Assembly (NCBI GenBank): GCA_963674945.2
Contig: CAXXWQ010000003.1
Coordinates: 1,984,001-2,048,000 of the forward strand
Origin: an uncultured Desulfosarcina sp.
Lineage (GTDB): Bacteria; Desulfobacterota; Desulfobacteria; Desulfobacterales; Desulfosarcinaceae
Direction: 5' to 3'
DNA: 64,000 nucleotides
Shown: piece after piece, positions 9,200 to 17,610 of the stretch
How positions within the stretch are numbered: position 1 is the stretch's first letter
Layout: each line of letters begins with the position of its first letter
Notes under the pieces: generated by a model
What the model was told of the DNA's origin: nothing
The model's database searches: none
What the model saw: the letters and a program-made list of their open reading frames with translations, nothing else
Translations under genes and position numbers: made by a program

Positions 9200-9607
9200 C
9201 TAAAATTGCTCGTAAATTGTCAGATGGGCCGAGTCGTTTTCTCCCATCACATCCATGAATGCCTGAAACGCGCGCCCGGAATTGAGCACGGCGCGGACAG
9301 CTTTGAGCGTGCCGAAGTGCTGTGCCAGCAGGATACATCCCTCGGTGTCGTCGATTTCGTTGCCGGGGTGGAACCTGATAAAATCGCGACCGGGGACATC
9401 GCACACTTCGAACGTCTCGCCGAATCGTTCTGAAAAAACCCGTTTCAATCTGTATTGCTGCGCCGGAATGGAGGATCGGCCCCTTGCGTTCTCAAGGTCA
9501 GCCGGTTCCAGCGTCACGCAGAACACCTGCTTGTTGATCCGGAGCACGCCGAACGTACCGAAATCTGCGTTTTCCTCCAGGCGAATTAGCTCAATGATAG
9601 GCGTCAT
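9200..9607 (-). CDS. DUF5675 family protein (putative endolysin)
   Basis: GTFGVL, CVTLEP, SIPA..Y, VPGR..I.FHPGN...DTEGCILL. Confidence 0.85.
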   Translation of the reverse strand: MTPIIELIRLEENADFGTFGVLRINKQVFCVTLEPADLENARGRSSIPAQQYRLKRVFSERFGETFEVCDVPGRDFIRFHPGNEIDDTEGCILLAQHFGTLKAVRAVLNSGRAFQAFMDVMGENDSAHLTIYEQF

Positions 9608-9749
9608 GGACTCGGCTTCCAAAATTTCCAGCCGGCTTTGCTGTTCGCCGGCGTCGATGATGGAAAGATCTCATGCAGTCGTGTGAACACACAAGTGAAC
9701 TACTTCACTATTTCACTTCCCTTTTTGGGTTTTTTAGTTGGGAGGGTGG

Positions 9750-10067
9750 TCAAAACAAAGAGAGTTGGATTTGTCCGGAGGATTGCTTTTTGCCAATACA
9801 TCCTCCTTTGGCGAGTATTATCCTGACCCATCGAACTGTCAATCCATATTTCACGGCGAGTTCGCGGTAATTCTTGCCGTTAAATTCGGAACAGATGGCT
9901 CTGTTGCGCGCGTTTTTTGCGATGCTGCCGATGGTGGGCAGGTTCAGCGGGCTGCCGCCGAACCCTCCTATCAATCGCAACAGAGCCTCCATCCCGATAA
10001 GATCGGCCACATATCGAAGTTCGTCCGGCAGGTCATCGTGTTTTATTTTGTGGCGGTATTCTGTCAT
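9750..10067 (-). CDS. mor: Mor/C family transcription activator
   Basis: FGGSPLNLP, RNRAICSEFNGKNYRELAVKYGLTVRWVRII. Confidence 0.9.
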   Translation of the reverse strand: MTEYRHKIKHDDLPDELRYVADLIGMEALLRLIGGFGGSPLNLPTIGSIAKNARNRAICSEFNGKNYRELAVKYGLTVRWVRIILAKGGCIGKKQSSGQIQLSLF

Positions 10068-10074
10068 CGGTCGA

Positions 10075-10341
10075 CTAAATGAGCTTTTTTAACGTCCTGT
10101 TTTTCAATATTTTCGGTGGATTCAACCCTCTGAATTGTCCATCAACGACACGCACTTCCTCCATTTCCCATCCAGATTGACTCGATTTTCCGGCGGCAAT
10201 GAAGAAACGCAACGCATTCGGCGACAACAGAACATCTCCTGTTGCATAAATAACATTATCTGCATTCCCACGAATCCTGAAATGATGGACTTTTAAGTAT
10301 CGCTTTGCCAGAAATAAAGACAACCTTTGCATCAATGTCAT
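10075..10341 (-). CDS. Hypothetical protein
   Basis: ORF co-oriented in the early/middle operon. Confidence 0.5.
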   Translation of the reverse strand: MTLMQRLSLFLAKRYLKVHHFRIRGNADNVIYATGDVLLSPNALRFFIAAGKSSQSGWEMEEVRVVDGQFRGLNPPKILKNRTLKKLI

Positions 10342-10359
10342 CGTCCGAACTCCATGTAA

Positions 10360-10587
10360 TTACAGATCAGACCGATACCCATGAGGAGCTGGCTCACCAT
10401 AAACCTTGGTCATTAATTCGTCGCTCCAATAAGTTTCGTGTTCCAAATGCGATTCCCTCAATTCTTTTACGGTTTTTAGCTCTACGTTTGCCGATTTGGC
10501 CCCTGTACACATAAATTCACCATACCAGCAGGCCGCCGTTCCGCACTCGCTACAAACCTCAATAATTTTGTTTTCAAAATTTGGCAT
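10360..10587 (-). CDS. Hypothetical Cys-rich protein
   Basis: CSECGTAACW motif; AAAGGAG RBS. Confidence 0.65.
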   Translation of the reverse strand: MPNFENKIIEVCSECGTAACWYGEFMCTGAKSANVELKTVKELRESHLEHETYWSDELMTKVYGEPAPHGYRSDL

Positions 10588-10618
10588 TCAAGCTCCTTTT
10601 GTTCGTGAGTATCCTGGG

Positions 10619-10867
10619 TTAAGTGGCAACATCATCAAGATGAAACGTGCCAACAACTACCGTCGATTCATTCACTTGTGAAACAGCCTCGAAAAGGAAA
10701 AAGTCACCATGCGGGTATTTTTTCTTCAAGCGAATGATCTCCTCTTCGGCCGGCTCCCGTTCGTCATAGAAACAAGTTGGCCCGAAGTGCGATGGCTGGC
10801 GAAATGATACGCCGATAATCTCGTCATCGTTAAGGTGTTCCAGGTTGATGACACACCAAAGTTTCAT
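10619..10867 (-). CDS. Hypothetical protein
   Basis: GGAG RBS; ATGA overlap with the upstream ORF. Confidence 0.65.
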   Translation of the reverse strand: MKLWCVINLEHLNDDEIIGVSFRQPSHFGPTCFYDEREPAEEEIIRLKKKYPHGDFFLFEAVSQVNESTVVVGTFHLDDVAT

Positions 10868-11031
10868 GCATTCTCTCCAAAATTAAATTCATTCATACAA
10901 TTCGCGCACCTGATTTTCGCAATAAAGAGGAAACCTTGATCATCAACATCAAAAAATACCTTCCAGTTGTCATATCCGCAAAGCAGGCAAATGAACGGCT
11001 TTACTGTTCGAATATTGATGATCTTTCCCAT
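10864..11031 (-). CDS. Small zinc-ribbon protein (55 aa, not in ORF track)
   Basis: MGKIINIRTVKPFICLLCGY...IRCANC; coupled to both neighbours. Confidence 0.7.
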   Translation of the reverse strand: MGKIINIRTVKPFICLLCGYDNWKVFFDVDDQGFLFIAKIRCANCMNEFNFGENA

Positions 11032-11522
11032 CAGGTGTAACTCGGAACGTACACGTTGTACTGTGACACCAACTGCCTATCGTTGCTTGTTATATAGTCC
11101 ATTGTGGTTGAAAGGTTCGCGTGACCAAGCATTCTTTGAACAGTGATCGGGCTGGCACCCCTGAGAATCATGTTTGTCGCAAGGGAATGCCGGAATTTGT
11201 GTGGGTGAACTCGTTTCGTAATGGTTGTTCTTTTTTTTACGGTATTGACCAACAGCCGCAGCGCCCATGGCGAGTATTGCCTGTTTCCATGGAGTGTCGT
11301 GAAGAGATAGCTGTCAGCTTCGCGTGGATACTCTGCAAGATATTGCTCTACGTGTTCATGGATCGGCCGCTGTGTTCCGATTGCGCATGTCATTTTTCGT
11401 ATGATCTTCTCGCGATTGTAGATCGTATTGTGTTTTAATCCATCGCGGATAAGCATCTCCCGGCAAAATGATTTCACCAGATCGACATCTTCAACATCAT
11501 TTTCAACTGCAAGCGTCAGCAT
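11031..11522 (-). CDS. Short, internally deleted tyrosine recombinase-like protein
   Basis: HPHKFRHSLAT and LGHANLSTTMDY box II motifs; no box I Arg motif visible. Confidence 0.8.
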   Translation of the reverse strand: MLTLAVENDVEDVDLVKSFCREMLIRDGLKHNTIYNREKIIRKMTCAIGTQRPIHEHVEQYLAEYPREADSYLFTTLHGNRQYSPWALRLLVNTVKKRTTITKRVHPHKFRHSLATNMILRGASPITVQRMLGHANLSTTMDYITSNDRQLVSQYNVYVPSYT

Positions 11523-12076
11523 CTTTCTCTCCTGTTTCCTTTCTTTTTCTCCCATTGCCCATGCATTTCTTCAGGTGTAAGTATGCGGCTAAAGCCGTCC
11601 TCAGGAGACCTGTTTTCTGCAAATTCCGTTCGCATCGTTCCATCACGCTCCGCCTGATTCTGGCGAACCTCCCGTGCGCGATCCGCGTCGTCGGCCAGGT
11701 CGTAAGCGATCGATTTCAGGTAGCCGTGAGATTCGACCGGTAGACGCCGAGGCGGGACATTCACCATCCGCTCCATTGCCATCCCCCATAATCCAGCATC
11801 GATGGGCCGGGACGGTTTCCCTTTCCACTCAATTTGCGGTTCTGTAATAAGGGTAGCAACCTCGCCGGCAAGGCGTAACGCCCGGCCCCAGACAAGGCCG
11901 CGATATCCCTTTGATCCGTTATATGGCGGACGGAAAAGAGAAAGATACGGCAAGATGTTCCGCGAAACGCTCGTCGGCATAACGGCAACTGTTTTAAGGC
12001 ACTGCCGCGCATCCGCGTTTCCGGTCCACGCCTCAGCGCTCGCAACAGCTCCACAGGAAGGGCATATCAACTTCAT
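11516..12076 (-). CDS. Hypothetical Mu-like phage protein with N-terminal CxxC
   Basis: MKLICPSCG; YLSLFRP; HGYLKSI motifs. Confidence 0.8.
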   Translation of the reverse strand: MKLICPSCGAVASAEAWTGNADARQCLKTVAVMPTSVSRNILPYLSLFRPPYNGSKGYRGLVWGRALRLAGEVATLITEPQIEWKGKPSRPIDAGLWGMAMERMVNVPPRRLPVESHGYLKSIAYDLADDADRAREVRQNQAERDGTMRTEFAENRSPEDGFSRILTPEEMHGQWEKKKGNRRERC

Positions 12077-12232
12077 CTTTCTCCTTTCACGAAAAACCGG
12101 TCACACGTCCGTTCGCCTGGTGTAGGTTTGTCAGGATCATCCTCGGCCCATTTTTCCCACTGTGTGCAATAAGTCCATAGCCCGGTTTCCCTCCGCCGAA
12201 ACGAGTATGCACCACAGAATCTGCATACACTT

Positions 12233-12469
12233 TCAACTTTTCGATGGATATCCATGCCGCTCCATCCGGTATTCATACCGCCCCCGGCCTACGCACCGGG
12301 TGGAGATATCGAAGCCGTTGGCCCTGAGTTCGGCGATTACTGTATTGACGGCACACACGTCCGCCTGCATCATGATTTCGCGCGTTCCGCGCCACATGCC
12401 GTCCACCAGCAGGTTATGTACCCGCCGCAGCCTGTCACTTTCCTCAATCATCGCATAATGGATTGCCAT
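12233..12469 (-). CDS. Small winged-helix-like protein
   Basis: MAIHYAM..., T.EI...ADVCAVNTVIAELRANG. Confidence 0.7.
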   Translation of the reverse strand: MAIHYAMIEESDRLRRVHNLLVDGMWRGTREIMMQADVCAVNTVIAELRANGFDISTRCVGRGRYEYRMERHGYPSKS

Positions 12470-12782
12470 TTTTAGATCTCCCCCGATAGATCCCACCCCT
12501 CACGTTTCGCCTGATAGCGAAGGGCGGTGATTATTTTGTACAGCAGGTGATCCGGAACCCATTCGATTCTGTCCGTCTTGCAGATCCTCTTGGCCAGCGC
12601 ATGTGCATAATTCCAGGGTTTTCCGCCAACGGTGAGAAGTGCCTCGATCTTCTTTAGCTGTGCGGCCCTGTTTCCACGGCTCATGTTCTTCGGCCGCCCA
12701 GGATAACCACGCCGACTGCGTCCGTACTTGAAACCGGACTGGCCAAGGTGCGCCAGTACTTTACGCCGTCCTTTTACAGTAA

Positions 12783-14691
12783 GGGCTCGCGCAAAAATAA
12801 TTTAACATATTATGAGGCTAATAGTCTCATTAACTATCCTATGGTTGTTTGCAACAAATCCGTATAATTGGCTAAATAGCAATATATTGTCCTGTTGCTC
12901 ATAATGAGATCATTGGCCTTGACAGAATCGACCTGTAGGGCTAATTGTATCATTATGAATAAGACAAAATACCATCTCCAAGACATAAAGGATTTCTTTG
13001 GTGTTCACAAAATCGCCACTTTTAATCAACTTCAAGAGGCGCTTGGAAATCCGGCTCGAGCAACGCTGTTTCGAAAATTGGCGCAGCTGAAGTATCTGAG
13101 CAGTTATTCGCATCGAGGTAAATTTTATACTCTTTTATGCATTGCGCGATTTTCTAAACTTGGCCTTTGGTCTTGCAAATATGTTTGGTTTTCACGTTTC
13201 GGTAATTTGCTTCAAACAGCCGAGACCCTTGTTGCCCGATCAGAGGCGGGGTACAGCGCCGCCGAACTAAAAGATATTTTGCACGTCAAGACCAAACATG
13301 CGTTGACCCAACTGGTACGCGACAACCGGCTTCAGCGTAAAAAATTCGAGGCTGTCTACATTTATCTGTCTCCTGAAAACGTTGTTGCTCGCAGACAGGA
13401 GAAAGTTCGCAAATCCCGTTTAAAAAAGTCCTTGGCTTCTGTTATCGTAACCAATCCCGACTTGGCCGCAGAAGAGGCCAAGGCCATAATTGTTCTTTTT
13501 TGCAGTATGCTCGATGAACGCCAACGCCGGCTATACGCCGGGCTTGAATCGTTAAAGTTGGGCCACGGCGGTGACGCCTACATCGCATCGCTGCTTGGCA
13601 TGGATCCTCATACCGTAGCACGTGGTCGACAAGAACTGATCAGCGGCGATTTGAGTACCCAAAAAGTTCGGGCAGCAGGAGGCGGGCGCCTTCTGCAAGA
13701 AAAAAAACGCCCGAAATCATAGACGCCATCGCCGTCATCATGGAGCACGAGACCGCTGGTGATCCGGTAAGTGGGTGTAAGTGGACACGCAAGACCACAG
13801 GAAAAATCGCCCAACAATTGAAACGTGCCGGCATCCGGGTATCGGCCAAAACAGTGGGTAGATTGTTAAAGCAAATGAACTATTCCCTACGCTTGAATCT
13901 TAAATGTCTTGAATCCGGGCAGAGTAAACCACCCGATCCCCACCAGCGTGATTTACAGTTTCGCTATCTTCGCAGCCAGATACGCTGCTATAAAGCCGAC
14001 GGAATGCCCGTGATCAGTGTTGATACCAAAAGCCGAGAACTAATAGGACCGTTCCATCAGGCCGGGCGTCGATGGAGCCAAGCACCGATAAAAGTCTTGG
14101 ATCATGATTTCCCCTCTGACGCCAATGGTGTTGCGATCCCATACGGTATCTATGACATTATTCAAAACAAGGGCTTTGTATGTGTTGGCACCAGTCGCGA
14201 TACTTCCGAGTTTGCCGTAGATTCTATCCGTACATGGTGGCAAAAAGTTGGTTCTCGCCACTATCCTGATGCCGATCGTCTGCTCATTCTGGCCGATTGT
14301 GGTGGAAGCAATGGCTACAGAATCCGGCTTTGGAAACAGCAGCTGCAGATCCGTCTTTGCAGCCGCTTCGGCCTGAAGGTCAAAGTATGTCATTATCCAC
14401 CCGGTTCCTCCAAGTGGAATCCCATCGAACACCGTATGTTTTCTTTCATTAGCAACAACTGGGCAGCACAACCCTTGCTTGATTACGAAACTGTGTTGAA
14501 ATTCATTCGTTCGACCAAAACCGCGACAGGGTTGAAAATCCGCGTTTTTCTTAACAACAAGAATTACCGTAAAGGTAAAAAGGTCTCCGACCAACAAATG
14601 CATCAAATAAACTTGAGACGATATACTCAACGGCCAAATTGGAACTATTCGATCTCACCATGAAAATGTGAATTTATTTTTGCGCGAGCCC
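12783..14691 (+). mobile_element. ISAzo13-family insertion sequence
   Basis: Terminal IR GGGCTCGCGCAAAAATAA; 3-bp TSD TAA (12780-12782 / 14692-14694). Confidence 0.92.
12955..14663 (+). CDS. ISAzo13 transposase in two frames joined by a probable -1 frameshift
   Basis: LDERQRRLYAG...GGGR then AGDP, ISVDTK, DHDF, DCGGSNG, SKWNPIEHR; A8 run at 13700-13707 joins the frames. Confidence 0.88.
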
Positions 14692-14843
14692 TAAGGTCCG
14701 CCGCGCTCGACACCCCGGCCACATTCATCAACATATCCCGATAGACGACGTCATCCATGCCCAACTGCTTCTTGGCGATATGGATCTTCGCAAGATCAAT
14801 ATTTCGTTGGTTTTTAATGGTCTGTTTTCTCACCGATCATCTC

Positions 14844-14867
14844 CTATGAGCTATGAGCTATGAGCTA
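14844..14867. repeat. Heptamer tandem repeat (CTATGAG)x3.4
   Basis: Direct reading. Confidence 0.9.
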
Positions 14868-14872
14868 AATTC

Positions 14873-14934
14873 GGCTGCTCATCAGGCCGCCCGCGCCACC
14901 GGACGACGATCCCGCCAAAAGCGGGATTTCGCAC
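14873..14934 (-). ncRNA. Type II hammerhead ribozyme
   Basis: TGC-GAAA-[TCCCGC/GCGGGA]-TC-[GTCGTCCG/CGGGCGGC]-CTGATGA-GCA: complete catalytic core with three stems. Confidence 0.88.
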
Positions 14935-15548
14935 TACAACGCCGCAAGATCCATTGACACCTGCCGCCACTTATCCTCTGGGAATTTTCGTTCGTAGAAT
15001 CTGATGTAGCTCTTCGATCCGACCACCTGGATGCTGTCGCCGATGGCCTCCATGGCCCTTAACCATTTTTCGTCGTCGATTTCGTACCGCCGCAGGCCGA
15101 TGATTTGCCGGACGTTTAGACGCCCCTCTTTGTCCACCTGGAACGCATCCATAACGATCACCTTGATCTCGTCGCGCCCTTCCTCTGTCCAGTCGGTGAG
15201 ACACTCGTCGATCAGCGCCTTTGCCGCTTTCAAACGCTCATCAAGCGAAATATGTTCGCTGATCGCCACTTGGATTTTCTTTGTCCCGTCATAGGAAATA
15301 AGGCTCACGTTCCCCTTGTTCCCGCCGAGATGAACTCCGTACTTCTCGGCCGACAAATCGATGAACGCGGAAACGTCCCCCATGCTCCTGACTTTAAATT
15401 CCTTCATGTTTTTTTGAAGTGTTTCTGCCGCCGTAAAAAGTTCTCTGACCAGTGAATCGCGCTCCTGGTCGATTTCATCCACCATGCTCTTCGGGACAAG
15501 GCGCCCCTTGGCATCCTCCATAAAGTCGTCTTTGTTCAGCTCCGCCAT
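14934..15548 (-). CDS. DUF3164 family Mu-like phage protein
   Basis: MEDAKGRLVP, GGNKGNVSLISYDG, AKALIDECL, GSKSYIRFYER. Confidence 0.9.
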   Translation of the reverse strand: MAELNKDDFMEDAKGRLVPKSMVDEIDQERDSLVRELFTAAETLQKNMKEFKVRSMGDVSAFIDLSAEKYGVHLGGNKGNVSLISYDGTKKIQVAISEHISLDERLKAAKALIDECLTDWTEEGRDEIKVIVMDAFQVDKEGRLNVRQIIGLRRYEIDDEKWLRAMEAIGDSIQVVGSKSYIRFYERKFPEDKWRQVSMDLAAL

Positions 15549-15810
15549 TGGTTCCTCCTTGATGTAAAGTCGATCCGTAACGCCCCGGCTCATGCTGCAC
15601 TCCGATCCAATTGCCGATGAGCCATGCCGTTGGCGTCCATTATCTTTCGCATCCGGATCAGCGTAACGAGCGCCTTTTGCTTGGCTTCACGACTCTTCTC
15701 GTCGATTACCGAGATGTCATGTAGGTCCATATAAATATCGTTCAACCCTTCGTGTATCTGATCGATCTGCGCCTGTTTTTCCATCATCTCTTTCCTCCTT
15801 TTCCTACAGC

Positions 15811-16113
15811 CTATCTCACATTGCACCTCTGGCAAGCCAGGTAAAGCCGCGCCCGTTGGGGACTGGTCGCCCCAAACGGCTTCCTCCGCTCTTCCGCGCA
15901 GCGCGACAGCGGGATCTCTCCCATCACCGGGCATATCACCGTCTCGTTTCCGTACTCCTCGGCCACCCGCTGCATCATATTCTCCAGGCTTCCGGCATAG
16001 GTCCCTTTCAGCGCCTGGTTGACGGCGGAAGGGGAATACCCCAACCGACGGGCGACGGCTGCCTGTCCGCCTTCTGCAACCGCCTTGCGCAGCAACGCCA
16101 TATTATCTGTCAT
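15811..16113 (-). CDS. HTH protein with C-terminal Cys cluster
   Basis: GQAAVARRLGYSPSAVNQ; CPVMG...C...CQRC. Confidence 0.8.
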   Translation of the reverse strand: MTDNMALLRKAVAEGGQAAVARRLGYSPSAVNQALKGTYAGSLENMMQRVAEEYGNETVICPVMGEIPLSRCAEERRKPFGATSPQRARLYLACQRCNVR

Positions 16114-16439
16114 CGCTCGTCTCCTTCCTCCCTACACTTTTTCCCTAACGGGTTTCCGCACCGTTCGCACCTCATTGGGTACTCCGGCCCAACATCACGC
16201 ACCAACCGATACGCATGGTACGATCCGGCGTGGCCGGAAAGGTTGTCGCTGATTTTAGCCACATATCCATGTTTCAAGAGGCCAAGGACGAATTTTCTCA
16301 CATTATTGGTCTTTGCTCCGGATGTTCTGCAAAGATCTGGTACGGAAAACCGGCGCAGGATGCGCATGCTCTGCCACACCTTCCGCCGCGATGTGTTTTT
16401 TCTAGGCGATGATGCAACCATTCCCTTGATTCCAGCCAT
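16110..16439 (-). CDS. Winged-helix Mu-like protein
   Basis: VWQSMRILRRFSVPDL, YRLVRDVGP. Confidence 0.8.
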   Translation of the reverse strand: MAGIKGMVASSPRKNTSRRKVWQSMRILRRFSVPDLCRTSGAKTNNVRKFVLGLLKHGYVAKISDNLSGHAGSYHAYRLVRDVGPEYPMRCERCGNPLGKKCREEGDER

Positions 16440-17158
16440 TAACGCCGCCTCCCGAACGTGGGTTGATCAAAGAAAAGCGGACGGTCTCCCCATTCGGCAA
16501 GGGAAACCGACTCCAGCCCATTGATCTTGGCCAGTTGCTCAATCCGCGACAGGCCGGTGGTCATGCGCCCGATGTTGGCTCTGGCCGCCTCGTGCAGCCT
16601 CTCCAGCAGGTCATGTTCCACACCCACCTCGCACACGGTTTCGGCAAGCGTCCGCGCGTCGGCAATGGTGATGCCGCGAAACTCCACCCACTGGGTGACG
16701 CGCCTGGCAAATCGACCGTTGTTTTGCAGCTTCCTGGCCATCTCCTCCATTCCGATGAGCACGACCGGCGACCCGGTGTTGTCGTAGATGTCCCGTAACA
16801 CGTCGATCATGTCGGTCTGGCGAAGTAGATAATCCGCCTCGTCGACGAAGATCGGCCTCGGTCTTTCCATCAAGCAGCGCACCGAAGCGTCCACCATTGG
16901 CGCCCGGAATCGACCTGTCGGCTGGCCCAGTTCAACCATCAGGGCACTGAGCATGCTGGTCACCGTCCAGCAGGCATTGGCCCGAAGGAAGATGCCGTCC
17001 AGCGTGTTGGTGGCGAAGGCGACCGTTGTGCTTTTTCCTTCTCCTGGATGGCCCCATAAAAGCCCCATCCCCTCAACACCCATGGGACGGTCGGTCAGTT
17101 CGCGAACCGCCGCCAGAAACCGGCGGACATTCGCCGTCATTGCCATTTCGTGCTTCAT
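16439..17158 (-). CDS. MuB-like AAA+ transposition ATPase
   Basis: GHPGEGKS Walker A, IFVDEAD Walker B, LRDIYD, VVLIGM. Confidence 0.92.
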   Translation of the reverse strand: MKHEMAMTANVRRFLAAVRELTDRPMGVEGMGLLWGHPGEGKSTTVAFATNTLDGIFLRANACWTVTSMLSALMVELGQPTGRFRAPMVDASVRCLMERPRPIFVDEADYLLRQTDMIDVLRDIYDNTGSPVVLIGMEEMARKLQNNGRFARRVTQWVEFRGITIADARTLAETVCEVGVEHDLLERLHEAARANIGRMTTGLSRIEQLAKINGLESVSLAEWGDRPLFFDQPTFGRRR

Positions 17159-17223
17159 GTGGTAACCTCCTTTTTGTCTTACGCTTTACCAAAAGGCCGG
17201 TGTTGCCCGCACCGGCCGACCTT

Positions 17224-17610
17224 TTACCCTGCCAAACGTGGAAATTTTTCACCGAGCCCATAATCTGCGACCATCTTTTTGGCCGATTGGTACAATGTGC
17301 CAAGGTTCACAGCGTGGCGATTGGCCTCGATTTCTAAGTCCCTCCGCTTCCGTTTGATGTTTGTTTTACTGGCCTCTTCCATTATTTCTTGATGTTTTCT
17401 CGCGTGGCCGGATGCCCGGCGCAGACGATGCCGGATAATGGTTTCTACGATAGCCTCCTCCGAAAACTCAATATTGAGGTGTTTTATAAGGTCAACCAGC
17501 ACCTCCTTCGGCAAGTCTTTCATTCCGAGTTTTCGATTGCTCTTTTGGTATTGTTTCTTCATCTTTGCCCTTTTTTTGGCCATCTCTCCCTCTCTTCCCT
17601 CAGTCATCAC
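17224..17610 (-). CDS. Hypothetical basic protein between A and B
   Basis: ORF overlapping the MuA stop codon. Confidence 0.65.
   Translation of the reverse strand: MMTEGREGEMAKKRAKMKKQYQKSNRKLGMKDLPKEVLVDLIKHLNIEFSEEAIVETIIRHRLRRASGHARKHQEIMEEASKTNIKRKRRDLEIEANRHAVNLGTLYQSAKKMVADYGLGEKFPRLAG

Larger units (their letters stand above)
12472..14833 (-). pseudogene. gemA: Mu gp16/GemA regulatory protein split by ISAzo13
   Basis: LAKIHIAKKQLGMDD..YR N-terminus (14695-14833); removing the IS and one TAA restores ...SSAADLTVKGRRKVLAH...KIEALL. Confidence 0.9.

Noticed and set aside
12877..12892. CAATATATTGT NrdR-like core in the ISAzo13 left end
   Set aside because: Single box with weak flanks and no partner at ~32 bp
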